Assembly (NCBI GenBank): GCA_963796685.1
Contig: CAWCMR010000005.1
Coordinates: 160,001 to 224,000, forward strand
Length of the DNA: 64,000 nt
Direction: 5' to 3'
Source of the DNA: an uncultured delta proteobacterium
Lineage (GTDB): Bacteria > Myxococcota_A > Polyangia > Fen-1088
Position numbers and translations under genes: made by a program. Shown piece after piece: positions 18,701-29,829 of the stretch. Positions within the stretch are counted from its first letter, which is position 1. Each line of letters opens with the position of its first letter. The notes beneath the pieces were generated by a model. It was not told where the DNA came from. It ran no database searches and saw only the letters and a list, made by a program, of their open reading frames with translations.

Positions 18701-20206
18701 GAGGACCGGCCGGCACGCGCCAAGCTCAACTACGCCGCGGCGGCCATCTACCGCGACGAGGTGAAGGACCACGCCAAGGCCGTCGAGCAATTCGGCAAGG
18801 TTCTCGACGACCATCCTCTTTACCCCAAGGCCTTCGAAGCCATCGAGAAGTTGCTCGGCGAAGCCAAGGAGCTCAAGGAGCTGGAGCGCGCCTACCGCAA
18901 GCAGATCAAGCGCCTGCCGCAAGACGCGCCCGCGGAGATGAAGCTGCGCCTGTGGGACGCCCTGGCCGACGTCGCGCTCAAGCAGCACGACAAGGAAAGC
19001 GCGGCCCTGACCATGGAGGTCGCGGTCTCCTTCGATCGCGACAACTTCGCCCGGCAAGAGCGGCTGGCCAAGATGTACTTCAACATGGGCCCTTCGGCGG
19101 CGGACAAGGCCATCGCGCAACACCAATACCTGCTCAGCAAGAAGCCCGATCGGTTGGAGTCGTACAAGGCCCTCGCCGCGCTGTTCTTCCAGGCCGGCGC
19201 CCACGACAAGATGTGGTGCGTGGCCGGCGCCATGACCTGTCTCGGCACGGCCGATCCGCCGCTGCGCGCGCTGTACGAGAATTTCCGTCCCTCGCAGGCA
19301 CCCAGCACCGCGGGTAAGCTCAACGAGGAGCTGTGGCGCAAGATCCTGCACCCGAGCGAAAACAATTACCTCGGCTCGCTCTTCGCCCTGCTCTCGCCGG
19401 CCATTGCCATGACCACCGCGCAGCCCCACAAGGTGATGGGGCTGGATCGCCACGCGCGCGTGGATGTGGCAGGCAACAACTGGTCGTACGCCGCGGCCCT
19501 GCGCTACGTGGCCAATACCATCGAGGCGGCACTGCCGGATGTGTTCATCAAGCGGGATGTTCCCGGCACGGTCAACCTGGTCAACCTGAAGGAAAAGAAC
19601 GCGCTCGCGCCGGCCCTGGTGATCGGCATCGGATTCGATCAACTGACGTCGCAAAGCCAGGTCATCTTCGACCTGGCCAAGCGCATGGTGCTGTTGCGAC
19701 CCGAGCGCTTTCCGCGCTTTGCTCTCGGCACCATGTCCGCCCTCGACATCGCCGTGCGCGCGGGTCTGCAGCTCGGAGGCTCGCCCATCGGCCCCGGCGA
19801 TCACGGGGACGCAGTGGACAAGATGGCCAAGCAACTCGATGGGCTGCTGGCCGCACCCCTCGAAACCGAGCTCAAGGGGCTGGCCAAGCGCTACGTCGAG
19901 GCTTGCGGGGACAAGGTCGACCTTGCCGCGTGGATCGTGGCCTCGGATCTGACCGCCTCGCGCGCGGCCTTGGTCCTTTGTGGCGACATCGTCGCCGCCG
20001 CCCAGGTGCTGGCCATCGAGCCCTCGGGGCAGAGCCCGCTCACGGTGCAGGATCGAATCAAGGACCTGCTGGCCTTCTTCGTCAGCGAGGACCACTTCGC
20101 CGTGCGCGCGGCCCTCGGCATGCAAGTCAATCTGACGCCGCCGAGCGATCCCTCGGCAGCGCAGCCGAAGCGGCGCGCGAGCCACATGCAGATCAAGACC
20201 CCGTGA
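15773..20206 (+). CDS. Degenerate SIR2-like domain fused to a long TPR array
   Basis: VLVTGFGCS..AGLPAW, IITTAQD, FVFVGFGPGDPD (SIR2_2-like), then more than 1000 aa of TPR repeats. Confidence 0.75.
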   Translation: MHPLPEILLERLKNRQAVLVTGFGCSSLAGLPAWSTLCERWADWIPDEANKQAVLDLLRAGQLDAASALCRDLVPEEATLEVLRDAYPVATPVPPILQAMARAPWRGIITTAQDALWTSALADVAESAGRMVFAANASTLEKGRGRFLIQIFGRSDVPASLCLAPFEIATKIVATGAASYLEGLHKKWSFVFVGFGPGDPDLAMLAGRLLGASPSTLEHFFVAPGLSPLDACRVKAGLGLVPVSVEGSLEDACTALTQGCELAGDKPAVDEVEAWLDRLTADPEDSEAQDMLDRGLAKLCENKEWERVVGALVGRVELEPDVSQQAADLYEAGMVLDKELSAADRAYPVLMMALRLTPKNTSLLADTKRVAEKAGQSDEFLKELRELERESAEADESKPMALGVGRLLAEDPAQRDEAITSFQKVLDRDPRNPEALDTLDALLRAAERWDDLCKLYEKAVEHDAANTVAVGKLVEMYERTGQTPQLVELLQARLARDPDDDSAYGKLEALYQQGQRWQPLGALYERMLGKTPDNADVQNKLEALYQKTQQWQPLGALYERMVGKSPEDTDILDKVESLYRRSEQWRPLADLLERRATKKDSADARATRLERASILIDKVKDMEAALAVARAFLPADPAAAEEIFAKCVERDPSNPAALAALADLARDRGDYLRAAKFLLDAAERVQNPMELGRLYAEAGTIHLEHLEDEAKAVEHFERALAADPEQEIAAQRLLALREKHEDWPGAEPLLDLLVRKTDDGDKTAKLDLFARQAHVARKLGKPDKAAAALAAATKLDSESPALARELGDLHVEREAWAEARVEFERARTLLGDEAPPAVRAALCEKLATCAVRSDDLEAALRFFEEALALEPEKRSALETVIELRTSRGDWTELLALKRRLLPLLGTDDDTVKILEEIGDIQQERFGDWTGAMESYLQALGVQPERRSILYKTLDYYTLEKQWPLAIATLEKLANLEEDRPARAKLNYAAAAIYRDEVKDHAKAVEQFGKVLDDHPLYPKAFEAIEKLLGEAKELKELERAYRKQIKRLPQDAPAEMKLRLWDALADVALKQHDKESAALTMEVAVSFDRDNFARQERLAKMYFNMGPSAADKAIAQHQYLLSKKPDRLESYKALAALFFQAGAHDKMWCVAGAMTCLGTADPPLRALYENFRPSQAPSTAGKLNEELWRKILHPSENNYLGSLFALLSPAIAMTTAQPHKVMGLDRHARVDVAGNNWSYAAALRYVANTIEAALPDVFIKRDVPGTVNLVNLKEKNALAPALVIGIGFDQLTSQSQVIFDLAKRMVLLRPERFPRFALGTMSALDIAVRAGLQLGGSPIGPGDHGDAVDKMAKQLDGLLAAPLETELKGLAKRYVEACGDKVDLAAWIVASDLTASRAALVLCGDIVAAAQVLAIEPSGQSPLTVQDRIKDLLAFFVSEDHFAVRAALGMQVNLTPPSDPSAAQPKRRASHMQIKTP

Positions 20207-20408
20207 CGCCGATACCGGCAAGTCGGACCCTCATCTGCCCATTGTAATGGGCGGGGCGCGCAAGGAATCGCCACGAAGTACACGGCGTTTCTAGCGTGTA
20301 TCGACGATGGAAAAGCGTCGAAAACTCTCACCAACCCCCATTGCAGTCGACGTCGCAACTTGCTTCTCTACGCATACACGTCGTTTTCTTTCAGAGAGGA
20401 GAAGCTCA

Positions 20409-21683
20409 ATGCGATTGTTGTCCACGGTATTTGCGCTTTGCACAGTCTTCCCCATGGTGGCGAATGCTCAAACCCCAGCCGAGGCCGCTCCGGCACCGGC
20501 GGCTGCACCCGCAACTGAACCCATGCCGGCGCCCGCACCCGCCGTGGCGGCGCCAGTCGCCACACCCATGGTGGCCGCGCCTGCCGCCGCACCCGCCCCG
20601 GCCACCCCTGCGCCACCGCCCATCGTCTTCGGCTGGGAGGCGCTTGTCGACGCGTACTACATGTACAACTTCACGGGCGATCCGAAGACGCAAGGACCTG
20701 TCGGCCGTCAATTCGACACCATGGCCAATAGCTTCACGCTCAACTACGCCAAGCTGGGGGTTCACGCAGACACCGATTGGGTGACCCTGCGTATGGATCT
20801 CGGAGCAGGGCATACCGCGGCCATCATCAACGCGGCCAACTCGGGGCTCGCTGCGACGGCTACGCCGGGAGTGAGTGCGGAAGGAACTGCCCTCTATGGC
20901 AACAGCTTTCTGGTTCAGCAAGCCTATGCCGAGGTGAAACCCGAGTCTCACATCTCCATCGATGCCGGTAGATTCGTGACTTCCGCCAGCGCCGAGGTCA
21001 TCGAGTCCAACAAGAACTGGCTCTACAGCCGCTCACTGCTATTTGCCGGCGTTCCCCTGCTGCACACAGGGCTTCGTGTCAATGGCGCCCTTCTTGGGAC
21101 GATCGCCGCACCCGAGCTGGTGCTGTCGCTCCAGCTCGTCAACGGTTGGAACAACGACCCGGACAACAACTCGGACAAGACCTTTGGTCTCAATTTGACC
21201 TACACGCCCCTCAATCAGGGTCTGACCGCGGCCGCGACGACCTACATCGGCAAGGAAGGCGTAGCGACCGACGGTGCGACCCCCACTACCGCCACACGCG
21301 TGCTGGTCGATGCCGTGATCACAAAGGACATCGGTAATCTCTCCGTCGGGGGCAACCTGGACTACCTCAAGAGCGATACCTCGTACTGGTTCGGCATCGC
21401 CGGCATGGGTCGATACACCATCAACGATTCGTTCACCGTGGCCGCGCGGGCCGAGTACATCTACAGCAAGAACGGCGGCTACGCAGGTGTGATGCCCACG
21501 GACAAGGTTTCGTTCTACGAATTCACCGGCATGGGTGCGTGGACGGTCAACAAGCACTACGAGCTACGCGCGGAAGTTCGCAGCGACATGTCGAACAAGG
21601 ACGTATTCCTCAAGGGCACCGCCCCCGCCCCCAACCGCAAGAACCAGGTTACCGGCCTCCTTGCGGCCCTCGCCTACTTCTAG
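20409..21683 (+). CDS. Outer-membrane beta-barrel porin (DUF1597/OmpL-like)
   Basis: Signal peptide, VDAYYMYNF, QQAY, EVIES..NWLYSRS, NGWNN, terminal aromatic residue; next to P-II gene. Confidence 0.8.
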   Translation: MRLLSTVFALCTVFPMVANAQTPAEAAPAPAAAPATEPMPAPAPAVAAPVATPMVAAPAAAPAPATPAPPPIVFGWEALVDAYYMYNFTGDPKTQGPVGRQFDTMANSFTLNYAKLGVHADTDWVTLRMDLGAGHTAAIINAANSGLAATATPGVSAEGTALYGNSFLVQQAYAEVKPESHISIDAGRFVTSASAEVIESNKNWLYSRSLLFAGVPLLHTGLRVNGALLGTIAAPELVLSLQLVNGWNNDPDNNSDKTFGLNLTYTPLNQGLTAAATTYIGKEGVATDGATPTTATRVLVDAVITKDIGNLSVGGNLDYLKSDTSYWFGIAGMGRYTINDSFTVAARAEYIYSKNGGYAGVMPTDKVSFYEFTGMGAWTVNKHYELRAEVRSDMSNKDVFLKGTAPAPNRKNQVTGLLAALAYF

Positions 21684-22091
<408 letters not shown>

Positions 22092-22109
22092 CAGGCACCG
22101 GAACGACCC

Positions 22110-22484
22110 ATGCCTGGCCAAAATCAACTGGTCGAGAATCAAGTACCAGGAACGTCGGAACGAGCCATGCGGCGCCATGACGACACCGCACGCTTCATAG
22201 AACGCTTCGAGGTACTGACCGGGTTTCGCGTGCACTCCACGAGCCTCGAAGGACTGCCGCGCGAGTTTCTCGCCCGCCCGGTCCCTTCACCCGACCTGTT
22301 GGTCGAACAGTACGGCTACGAGCTGGAACCGCGCACCCACAATGCCCTGTGCCGCTTCGAGCCCGGCCGGCAACCGGACCGCTGGACCATCGGCCGCCTG
22401 CTCGAGATCCGCGGCTTCGGCGTGTTCTCGCTGCTCGACCTGCTGGAAGTCCTGGCCAAGCACGGCATCGGCAGCAAGGGCTGA
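22110..22484 (+). CDS. Small protein resembling RNA polymerase alpha C-terminal domain
   Basis: ELEPRTHNAL...LLEIRGFGVFSLLDLLEVL resembles the alpha-CTD helix-hairpin-helix. Confidence 0.5.
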   Translation: MPGQNQLVENQVPGTSERAMRRHDDTARFIERFEVLTGFRVHSTSLEGLPREFLARPVPSPDLLVEQYGYELEPRTHNALCRFEPGRQPDRWTIGRLLEIRGFGVFSLLDLLEVLAKHGIGSKG

Positions 22485-22531
22485 TCCTTCCCCTTGACGT
22501 AGCCCCTGCCCCGCCGGAGGCTGGGGCGCGT

Positions 22532-24751
22532 ATGGATCTTTTCGAGCGCTCTGCCGGCAAGCGTCCGAAAAATGCGACGGACGAGACCCTCGAGGGCACC
22601 CTCGAGCGCATCGTGTTTGCCGGAGCGAGCGGCGAGTTCACCGTGGTGCGGCTCAAGGTCGCCGGGCAGGCAGAGCCGGTCACCGCGGTGGGAAGCTTGC
22701 TGGGCCTTCCCGTGGGCGCCCACCTGCGCACCACCGGCTACTTCGAGAACAATCCGCGCTTCGGTCGGCAGTTCCGCATCGTCTCGTACACCGAGCTGTC
22801 GCCGCAAACCCTCGACGGCATCAAACGCTACCTCGGGGCAGGGCTCATCAAGGGCATCGGTCCCGAATTCGCCAGCCGCATCGTGGCCCGATTCGGGGTC
22901 AGGACCCTGGAGATTCTCGACAGACAGCCGGAGCGCATTCGCGACGTGCCCGGCATCGGACACGCGCGGGCCGAGGCCGTCAAGAAGGCCTGGGTCGCCC
23001 AGCGTGGGCAACGCGAGGTGATGGTGTTTCTGCAAGGCTACGGCGTGTCCCCTGCCCTCGCCGCGCGCATCTACAAGCGCTACGGCGCCGCCGCGGTCGA
23101 ACGCGTGCGCGAAAATCCCTACCGGCTGGCCTTCGATGTCTGGGGCATCGGCTTTCTCTCCGCGGACCGGCTGGCATCGTCGCTTGGCATCGGCAAGGAA
23201 ACCGACATGCGCATCGAGGCCGGAGTGCGCCACGTGCTCGACGAGGCCGGAAGCCAGGGCCACGTCTACCTGCCGCGCGAAAAGCTGACCCAGGATGCGA
23301 GCTTGCGCCTGGAAGTCGACGCAACCTTGGTCGAACCGGCCATCGACAGGCTCGCGCGCCGAGGTGAGATCGCCATCGAGCATGCTGGCGACCAAGTGGC
23401 GGTGTACGAGACCGGCCTGCTGCGCGCCGAGCGCGCCGCCGCCGAGGGCCTGGGCCGCATCCTGCGGGCGCGGTGCGCGGTGCTGCCCGTCGAGCCTGAC
23501 CAAGCCGTCGCCCGCTACGAAAAGGAGGCCAACATTTCCCTCGCGCCTCGCCAGGCCGAAGCCATCCGCCGCGCGCTCGTCGAGCCGCTGCTGGTCATCA
23601 CCGGCGGTCCGGGCGTGGGCAAGACCACCATCGTGCGCGGCATCGTGTCGACGTTTCTGCGTTGCCATCTGCGCGTGGCCCTGGCCGCTCCCACCGGGCG
23701 CGCGGCCAAGCGCCTGCAAGACGCCACGGGCCAGCCCGCCGCCACGCTACACCGCTTGCTCGAATGGCGCCCCAGCGAGGGCATGTTCGGCCGCAATCGC
23801 GACCGGCCCCTGGAGGCGGATCTGTTGGTGGTCGACGAGGCGTCCATGATCGACATCCGCCTGTGCGCGGATCTGGTGGCGGCCCTGGCCGACGGGACGC
23901 GTCTGCTGCTGGTCGGCGACCAGGACCAACTTCCTTCCGTGGGCCCCGGCATGGTTCTGCGCGACACCATCGCCTCCGGCGCGGTCCCGGTGGTTCGCCT
24001 GGACGAGATCTTTCGCCAGGCCGCGCAGAGCCTGATCGTCACCAACGCCCACCGCATTCACAAGGGCGAGCTGCCCGAGATCGGCGGCGCCCCCCCGACG
24101 GGGCCGGACAAGGACACACGCGACTTCTTCTTCCTCGAAAAGGAAGACCCCGCCCTGGCCGCGCAGACCATCCGCGATCTGGTGGCCACCCGCCTGCCCG
24201 GCTACTACGGGTTGTCGCCCTTCGACATCCAGGTGCTGACCCCCATGCACAAGGGCGACCTCGGCGCCATGAACCTCAACCGACTGCTGCAGGAGGCCCT
24301 CTCCGTCGCGGGCGAGCAACTGCAAAGCGGCAGCCGCGTCTTTCGCACCGGCGATCGGGTCATGCAGCTGCGCAACAACTACGACAAGGACGTGTTCAAC
24401 GGCGACGTGGGGCGGGTGCTCCGCGTGGCGCGCGAGGCGGGCGAGCTGGTGGTCACGTTCGACGAGCGCGAGGTGCCCTACGCCAGCGACGAGCTCGACG
24501 AGCTGGCCCTGGCCTACGCCGCCACGGTGCACAAGTCGCAGGGCTCGGAGTACGCCGCGGTGGTGATCCCCATTCATACCCAACACTTCGTCATGCTCCA
24601 GCGTAGCTTGCTCTACACGGCGGTCACGCGCGGCAAGAAGCTGGTGGTGCTGGTGGGCACGCGCAAGGCGCTGGCCATCGCCGTGCGCAACGCCGAGGTG
24701 GCCGAGCGCTGCTCGCGACTGCGGGACAGACTTGCCAGACCGTTGCGTTGA
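22532..24751 (+). CDS. recD2: RecD2 family helicase
   Basis: IKGIGP Hh[61 protein letters not shown]. Confidence 0.93.
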   Translation: MDLFERSAGKRPKNATDETLEGTLERIVFAGASGEFTVVRLKVAGQAEPVTAVGSLLGLPVGAHLRTTGYFENNPRFGRQFRIVSYTELSPQTLDGIKRYLGAGLIKGIGPEFASRIVARFGVRTLEILDRQPERIRDVPGIGHARAEAVKKAWVAQRGQREVMVFLQGYGVSPALAARIYKRYGAAAVERVRENPYRLAFDVWGIGFLSADRLASSLGIGKETDMRIEAGVRHVLDEAGSQGHVYLPREKLTQDASLRLEVDATLVEPAIDRLARRGEIAIEHAGDQVAVYETGLLRAERAAAEGLGRILRARCAVLPVEPDQAVARYEKEANISLAPRQAEAIRRALVEPLLVITGGPGVGKTTIVRGIVSTFLRCHLRVALAAPTGRAAKRLQDATGQPAATLHRLLEWRPSEGMFGRNRDRPLEADLLVVDEASMIDIRLCADLVAALADGTRLLLVGDQDQLPSVGPGMVLRDTIASGAVPVVRLDEIFRQAAQSLIVTNAHRIHKGELPEIGGAPPTGPDKDTRDFFFLEKEDPALAAQTIRDLVATRLPGYYGLSPFDIQVLTPMHKGDLGAMNLNRLLQEALSVAGEQLQSGSRVFRTGDRVMQLRNNYDKDVFNGDVGRVLRVAREAGELVVTFDEREVPYASDELDELALAYAATVHKSQGSEYAAVVIPIHTQHFVMLQRSLLYTAVTRGKKLVVLVGTRKALAIAVRNAEVAERCSRLRDRLARPLR

Positions 24752-24832
24752 AGCCACGGATGACATGTCCATGAATTGGACAGGTCGCAGCCGAAAGCAA
24801 AACCGCATCCACCCGATGGTAGAGTCGGGCGC

Positions 24833-25897
24833 ATGGACCCCACGCGACTTCGGACCATCGCTTTGCTGGCGGCGACGCTGCTTTGGCTCGTGCCGGGGAG
24901 CGCCCGGGCGGACGCGATTGCCATCCAGCTCGCCACCTCGGTTCACCTCGGCCAGCAGCCGCGCCTCACCATCACGGCCAATCAGACCATCGACCAGGTC
25001 GAGGTTTCCCTCGACCGTGACGACGGCAAGCACGTCGAGGAGACCTTCGGCCCGCTTGCGGTCGGTGCCAGCCACGACGTGCTCTTCGATGCGACACCCG
25101 GCAAGCGACACTACCGCGGGCGCATCGTGTGCGCCGCGGGCAAGCGCAGCTGGACGTCGCAGGTGTCGTTCGACACCGTGGTGGCCGATGAGCTGCGCGT
25201 GTCGCTCGACAGATCCCACGTGGATTTGGCCCACGGCCATCTCGACCTGATGGTGTCGATCCCGGCCGGCAAGATCGAGCTGAAGATCGTGTCGGCCGCC
25301 GATGGCGCCACCCTGCTCGAGCGCACGCAGACGTTTGCCGATCACGACAGCAACGCGCCCTTGTCGGTGCAATGGGAGCCACCCTCCAAGGACGGGTCCG
25401 GGAAGGCTGTCGAAATCGGCCGCATCGACGTGCGCGTGGTCGATCCCGCCGGCGCCTTTCACCTGACCTCGCTCTATCCGTGGTCCATCACCATCCCTCA
25501 CCAGGAGGTCCATTTTGCGACCGACTCGGCGGCCATCGCACCCGGCGAGGCCCCCAAGCTGCGGGCGAGCCTGGCCAAGATCGACGAGGTGCTCGCCAAG
25601 CACCTGGATTTCGGGCCCATCAAGCTCTTCATCGTCGGTCACACCGACACGGTGGGTTCGGCCAAGCACAACCTCGAGCTTTCGCTCCGGCGCGCGCAGG
25701 CCATCGCGGGCTGGTTCCGCAAAGGCGGGCTCACGCTGCCCATCCTGTACGAAGGCTTCGGCGAGCAGGCCCTCCTCGTCGCCACGCCCGACAACACCGA
25801 TGAACCGCTCAATCGCCGCGTCGACTACATCCTGTCCGTCGAGGATCCGGTGTTGCCCGCCAGCGACTTCCGGCCGAGCTGGAAGTCGCTCGAATAA
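24833..25897 (+). CDS. Exported OmpA-family peptidoglycan-binding protein
   Basis: Signal peptide; GHTDTVG..NLELSLRRA..GFGE..NRRV. Confidence 0.85.
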   Translation: MDPTRLRTIALLAATLLWLVPGSARADAIAIQLATSVHLGQQPRLTITANQTIDQVEVSLDRDDGKHVEETFGPLAVGASHDVLFDATPGKRHYRGRIVCAAGKRSWTSQVSFDTVVADELRVSLDRSHVDLAHGHLDLMVSIPAGKIELKIVSAADGATLLERTQTFADHDSNAPLSVQWEPPSKDGSGKAVEIGRIDVRVVDPAGAFHLTSLYPWSITIPHQEVHFATDSAAIAPGEAPKLRASLAKIDEVLAKHLDFGPIKLFIVGHTDTVGSAKHNLELSLRRAQAIAGWFRKGGLTLPILYEGFGEQALLVATPDNTDEPLNRRVDYILSVEDPVLPASDFRPSWKSLE

Positions 25898-26169
25898 CGC
25901 CATGAGCTTGGCATGAATGGTTCCCCGGATCTCGATCCGAACCCCTCATTCCTCATCCGTCTCAGTGTTCTCTGTGTCCTCTGTGGTTGGAATCCGGAAA
26001 TTGCTCGGGTTTCAAACCGTTCGGTGCTCGAGGGAAAGGGGCCGACGTCGACGGTGAAGCGACGCCCCCTCTCCCGCCGCGCTACGCGCGTCGGCCTCTC
26101 CCCGCTCGCGCGGGGCGAGGCGGAAGATCTTGGCACTCGACCCGACATCATCCTTGGCGCCGACGCCTC

Positions 26170-28557
26170 TTATCGCTCTGCGCCTGCGCTCCTGGCCGCC
26201 GGTTTGCCCGCGCCGCCCGCAAGCCAGAACAGGCCGAGCAAGAGCAGCGATGCCAAACTGACGAACGCACCCGCGCCGAGCCCGGGCGTGCGAAATGCGA
26301 GGACGATGCGATGCGAGCCCGCCTCGATGGGCAGGGCGCGCATGATGAGGTTGGCGCGTAAGAGCCGCGCCGGCCGGCCGTCGACGGTGGCCTGCCAGCC
26401 GGGGTCGTATTGCTCGACGAAAACGGCCAGACTGCGCTCCTTGGCGGAACACAGCGCGACCAGCCTATTGTTGCCGTACGATTCGAGCGTGCATGTGCCC
26501 CCGCGGCCGGGTGGCGCGGGGAATTCGGGCGCGGCGGCGACGGGCGCCAACCACACGCTCTTGCCCGCCACGATGTCGGGTTCGTAGATGCGGCGCAGAG
26601 CCTCGTCGTCGGACACGACTTGCGCATGGCGAGCCAGGAACACGCGTGGCAGCGCGCCCGGCACGTGATACAGGCGCGCGCCTGGCAAGGGATCCATGAG
26701 CGGCTCCAATCCCGGCCGATCGTTCTTGGCCGCGCCTGGATCGCGCACGGGCAGAATCGTGTAGTCGGCGCCGAGCAATCTCAGGGCGCTCTGTCCGACG
26801 GGAAGACCGGCTTCCCACACCCTGTCGGCCAGCGCGGGAATGGCCGCATCGTAGCCGGGCAGCGTGGCGATGCCCCACGCGTTCGCGGTGTTGGTCACCA
26901 GGGTGGTGGTCAGGCGGTATTCGCCCTCGGCATTCGAATTCGCCGGCACCCACGTCTTGACGGTCTCGTCGATCTGGTTCGAGCGATAGAGGCGCGGGGG
27001 AGCCGTCGGTTCGGAACGACGGTCGAGCGCGAGGCGCGCGGCGGGCGGAACGTGACTGGCGATCCGGCGAGGACCGAATCCCTGCAAGGGCCACGCGGCC
27101 GAAGCAAGGTCGAGGGCGACAATCACCACCAGCAGCACGGGCGCCAGCGAGGAGGCGCGATGGGCGAGCACGTGCACGGCGAGCACGCCGAGGGTGGCCA
27201 GGCCTCCGAGCAGGGCGCCGTGAACCGCGAAGACCACCCACACCGGCGGAAACGTCAGGGCCGAGACCACGCCAAAGGCGACGATGAGCAGGAGCAGCAC
27301 GCAGGTGCGACGCCACGGCTGCCGCTCGTCCGAGAGAATACGCCGCGCGCCCAGGCTGGCCAGGAGTGCCAGGAGGACCACGACGAGGACCATGTACTTT
27401 TCGGGATAGCGCATGTAGGCCAGCGGAAACACCACGCGCCGGAACACCGCGTGCGCGGGCGTGTACTTGCCGAACGCCAGCACCAACGCGACGGTCGCGA
27501 GACCGCCGAGGGCCAGCGCCAGCCTGCGCCGGCGGCCAAACGCCGCCAACGCGAGGGCGAGCACGCTCGCCCCCATGTACATGCTGTACGAGAGGGGCAG
27601 CCCGTCCAGACGCCGCTCACCGACGATGGACGCTGCGGGGAAGACTCCGTAGGCATCGCCCATGGACTGGGGAAGCGCGAGCTCGAGCAAGCGCAGCGGG
27701 TGCAGCGAACAGGATTCCGCGATGGCGCGCGCGAGCGGTGCGGCCCGCTCGGTACTGCCGAGGAGCATGCGGGCCGGCAGGATCACGACGGCGCCCACGC
27801 CGAAGGCGAGCACCACCGCGGCAGCGGCGGCGGCAAGCCAGCGCGGGCGTGCGCCGGGCCGTGACGGATCCGCGCGACGCTCGACCGTGTGGAGAACCAG
27901 GGCGAACAGGACGCCGAAACCGGCGCCGATCATGGCCAGGAAGACCTCGCCGAGAAGCACGGCCAAGACGCTGGGCAGAGCGGCTTTCACCAGACCTCGG
28001 CGCCAGGCTGTCCCACCCGCGCGCAGGCTGTCGAGCAAGGCGACCTGTCCGACCGCGGCCCAGGGGATCCATGCGTCGGCGAAGAGCAGCAGGCCCGACG
28101 TCCACTGGGCCGTGGTGTAACCCGAAAGCCCCCAGGCCAGGCCGGCGATGACGATGGCCTTCGTGGAACCGCCCAAGCGCCGTGCCAGCCAGCACACGCC
28201 GGCCGCCCCCCACGCCATGTGCGCAAAGCACTGCCAGTTGAGCATGCTCGCTCCCCAGCCCGGCCCGACGAGAAGAAACAGCCAGTTGGGCGGATAGAAG
28301 ACGCCGTAGAGCGGATCGCCGAACACCGGAAAACCCAGCCCCTGGTAGGGATTCCAGCCTGGAAACTCGCCGTGCAAGAGCGTCGCGCGCAAGAAGGCAC
28401 GCGCGGGAAAATTCCAGTGTGCGATGTCGCGAAAAAACAGGATCTTGCCGAAAAAGAGCGGCAGGTAAGCCACGCACAGGATCCCCAGAACCCACAAGAA
28501 CGGCCGCCACGGCCACCGCCGCGGGGCTTCGTCGGTATGGGGGGCTGGCGCGGCCAC
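26170..28557 (-). CDS. YfhO-like membrane glycosyltransferase (GT-C)
   Basis: PGWNPYQGLGFP, FYPPN, many TM helices, YDPGWQATVDG..RANLIMRA. Confidence 0.8.
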   Translation of the reverse strand: MAAPAPHTDEAPRRWPWRPFLWVLGILCVAYLPLFFGKILFFRDIAHWNFPARAFLRATLLHGEFPGWNPYQGLGFPVFGDPLYGVFYPPNWLFLLVGPGWGASMLNWQCFAHMAWGAAGVCWLARRLGGSTKAIVIAGLAWGLSGYTTAQWTSGLLLFADAWIPWAAVGQVALLDSLRAGGTAWRRGLVKAALPSVLAVLLGEVFLAMIGAGFGVLFALVLHTVERRADPSRPGARPRWLAAAAAAVVLAFGVGAVVILPARMLLGSTERAAPLARAIAESCSLHPLRLLELALPQSMGDAYGVFPAASIVGERRLDGLPLSYSMYMGASVLALALAAFGRRRRLALALGGLATVALVLAFGKYTPAHAVFRRVVFPLAYMRYPEKYMVLVVVLLALLASLGARRILSDERQPWRRTCVLLLLIVAFGVVSALTFPPVWVVFAVHGALLGGLATLGVLAVHVLAHRASSLAPVLLVVIVALDLASAAWPLQGFGPRRIASHVPPAARLALDRRSEPTAPPRLYRSNQIDETVKTWVPANSNAEGEYRLTTTLVTNTANAWGIATLPGYDAAIPALADRVWEAGLPVGQSALRLLGADYTILPVRDPGAAKNDRPGLEPLMDPLPGARLYHVPGALPRVFLARHAQVVSDDEALRRIYEPDIVAGKSVWLAPVAAAPEFPAPPGRGGTCTLESYGNNRLVALCSAKERSLAVFVEQYDPGWQATVDGRPARLLRANLIMRALPIEAGSHRIVLAFRTPGLGAGAFVSLASLLLLGLFWLAGGAGKPAARSAGAER

Positions 28558-28622
28558 GCGAGACGATTAGAACATAACTACGGAGTCGCAGACGACCTTC
28601 TGCGGCCATCGCGGGAGCGCGG

Positions 28623-29739
28623 TTAGATCACCTGGCCGCCCGCGCGCGTGGCGGCAAGGGTGCCGCAGGCCGCACCGATGTCGCTGCCGCCGGCATAGCG
28701 GCGGACCATTGGGATGGAGAAACGGGACAGCTCGTCGCGGAAGTCGCGCACCTCGGACTCGCTGGGCGGCTCGAAGCGACCGCTCGAATCGTTGACCGCG
28801 ATGAGGTTCACCTTCACCCGCACGCCGGCAAAAAGCTGGGCCAGGTCGCGCGCAGCCTGCCGGCCCATGTTCACGCCTGCCACGCCCACGTAGGCCAGGG
28901 TCACGCGCGCCTTGCTGACCGCCGCGTGCTCGCGCACCGCCTTGGCCAGCTCGTCGAGCGGCCAGCGCTCCTCGATGGGCATGAGCGGCAAGCGCACCGC
29001 GCGCGTGGGCGCGGCCAGCGAAACGATGAGGCGAAAGCGCTCTTTCTCGGCGGTGAAACGCCGGATGGCCGGCACGATGCCCGCGGTGGAAATGGAAATG
29101 GCGTCGGCCGAGATGGCCGGGCCGGCGGGGTGGCAAAGCACCCGCGCCGTGGCCATGACGTGGTCGTAGTTGAGCAGCGGCTCGCCCATGCCCAGGAAAA
29201 GAACGCCGCGAACGGGATGGTCGGCTTCGCGCGCAATGGCCTGCACCTGGGCCAGCATTTCCCAGGTCGCGAGGTTGCGCGAGAACCCCAGCTTGCCGGT
29301 GGCGCAGAAGGCGCAGGCCAGGGCGCAGCCGACTTGCGAGCTGATGCACACGGTGTACTTGGCAGTGGGCAGCGCGACCAGGCCCTCGGCCTCGCCGCGC
29401 CGACGCTTTTCCTTGAGCGCGCGTGCGTCCACCGGATCGGGCAACGGGATGCGCACGGCCTCGATTTGTCCGCCATCAGAAAGGCGGAATAGGTATTTGA
29501 CGAAGCCGTCCTCCGCGCGCCGCCGTTCGACGATCTCGAGCTTCCGGGTAGCATGTTTCGCCCGCCAGCGCTCGACGCACGTCCGCCGGCAGCTGCTCGA
29601 CGTCGTCGAGGCTCGTCGCCCACTGGGCGTGCACGCGCGCGAACACCTTGCGCGCCACGCGCTCGCCCACGCCGTAGCCCGCGAGCGCTTGGCGCATCGC
29701 CGGCCAGTCCAGATCGCGCAAAATCAACGGGCCGGCCAA
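28623..29739 (-). pseudogene. rlmN: RlmN-like radical SAM methyltransferase, split by a frameshift near 29545
   Basis: CISSQVGCALACAFCATG, LGMGEP, ISTAG, AACGTL. N-terminus is in another frame and joins KLEIVERRRAEDGFVKYLF after removing one base. May be an assembly error. Confidence 0.75.
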
Positions 29740-29829
29740 GCCCTACCCCCTCGACAACCGCAAGTCGTGCCCGTGCCCGTGGCCGTGCCCGACCAAGATC
29801 ACGACGTCCGCAGCCATGGTCATCACCTC

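Noticed and set aside
20210-20408. Sigma54 promoter before porin-glnB
   Set aside because: TTGC is present but there is no correctly spaced GG at -24
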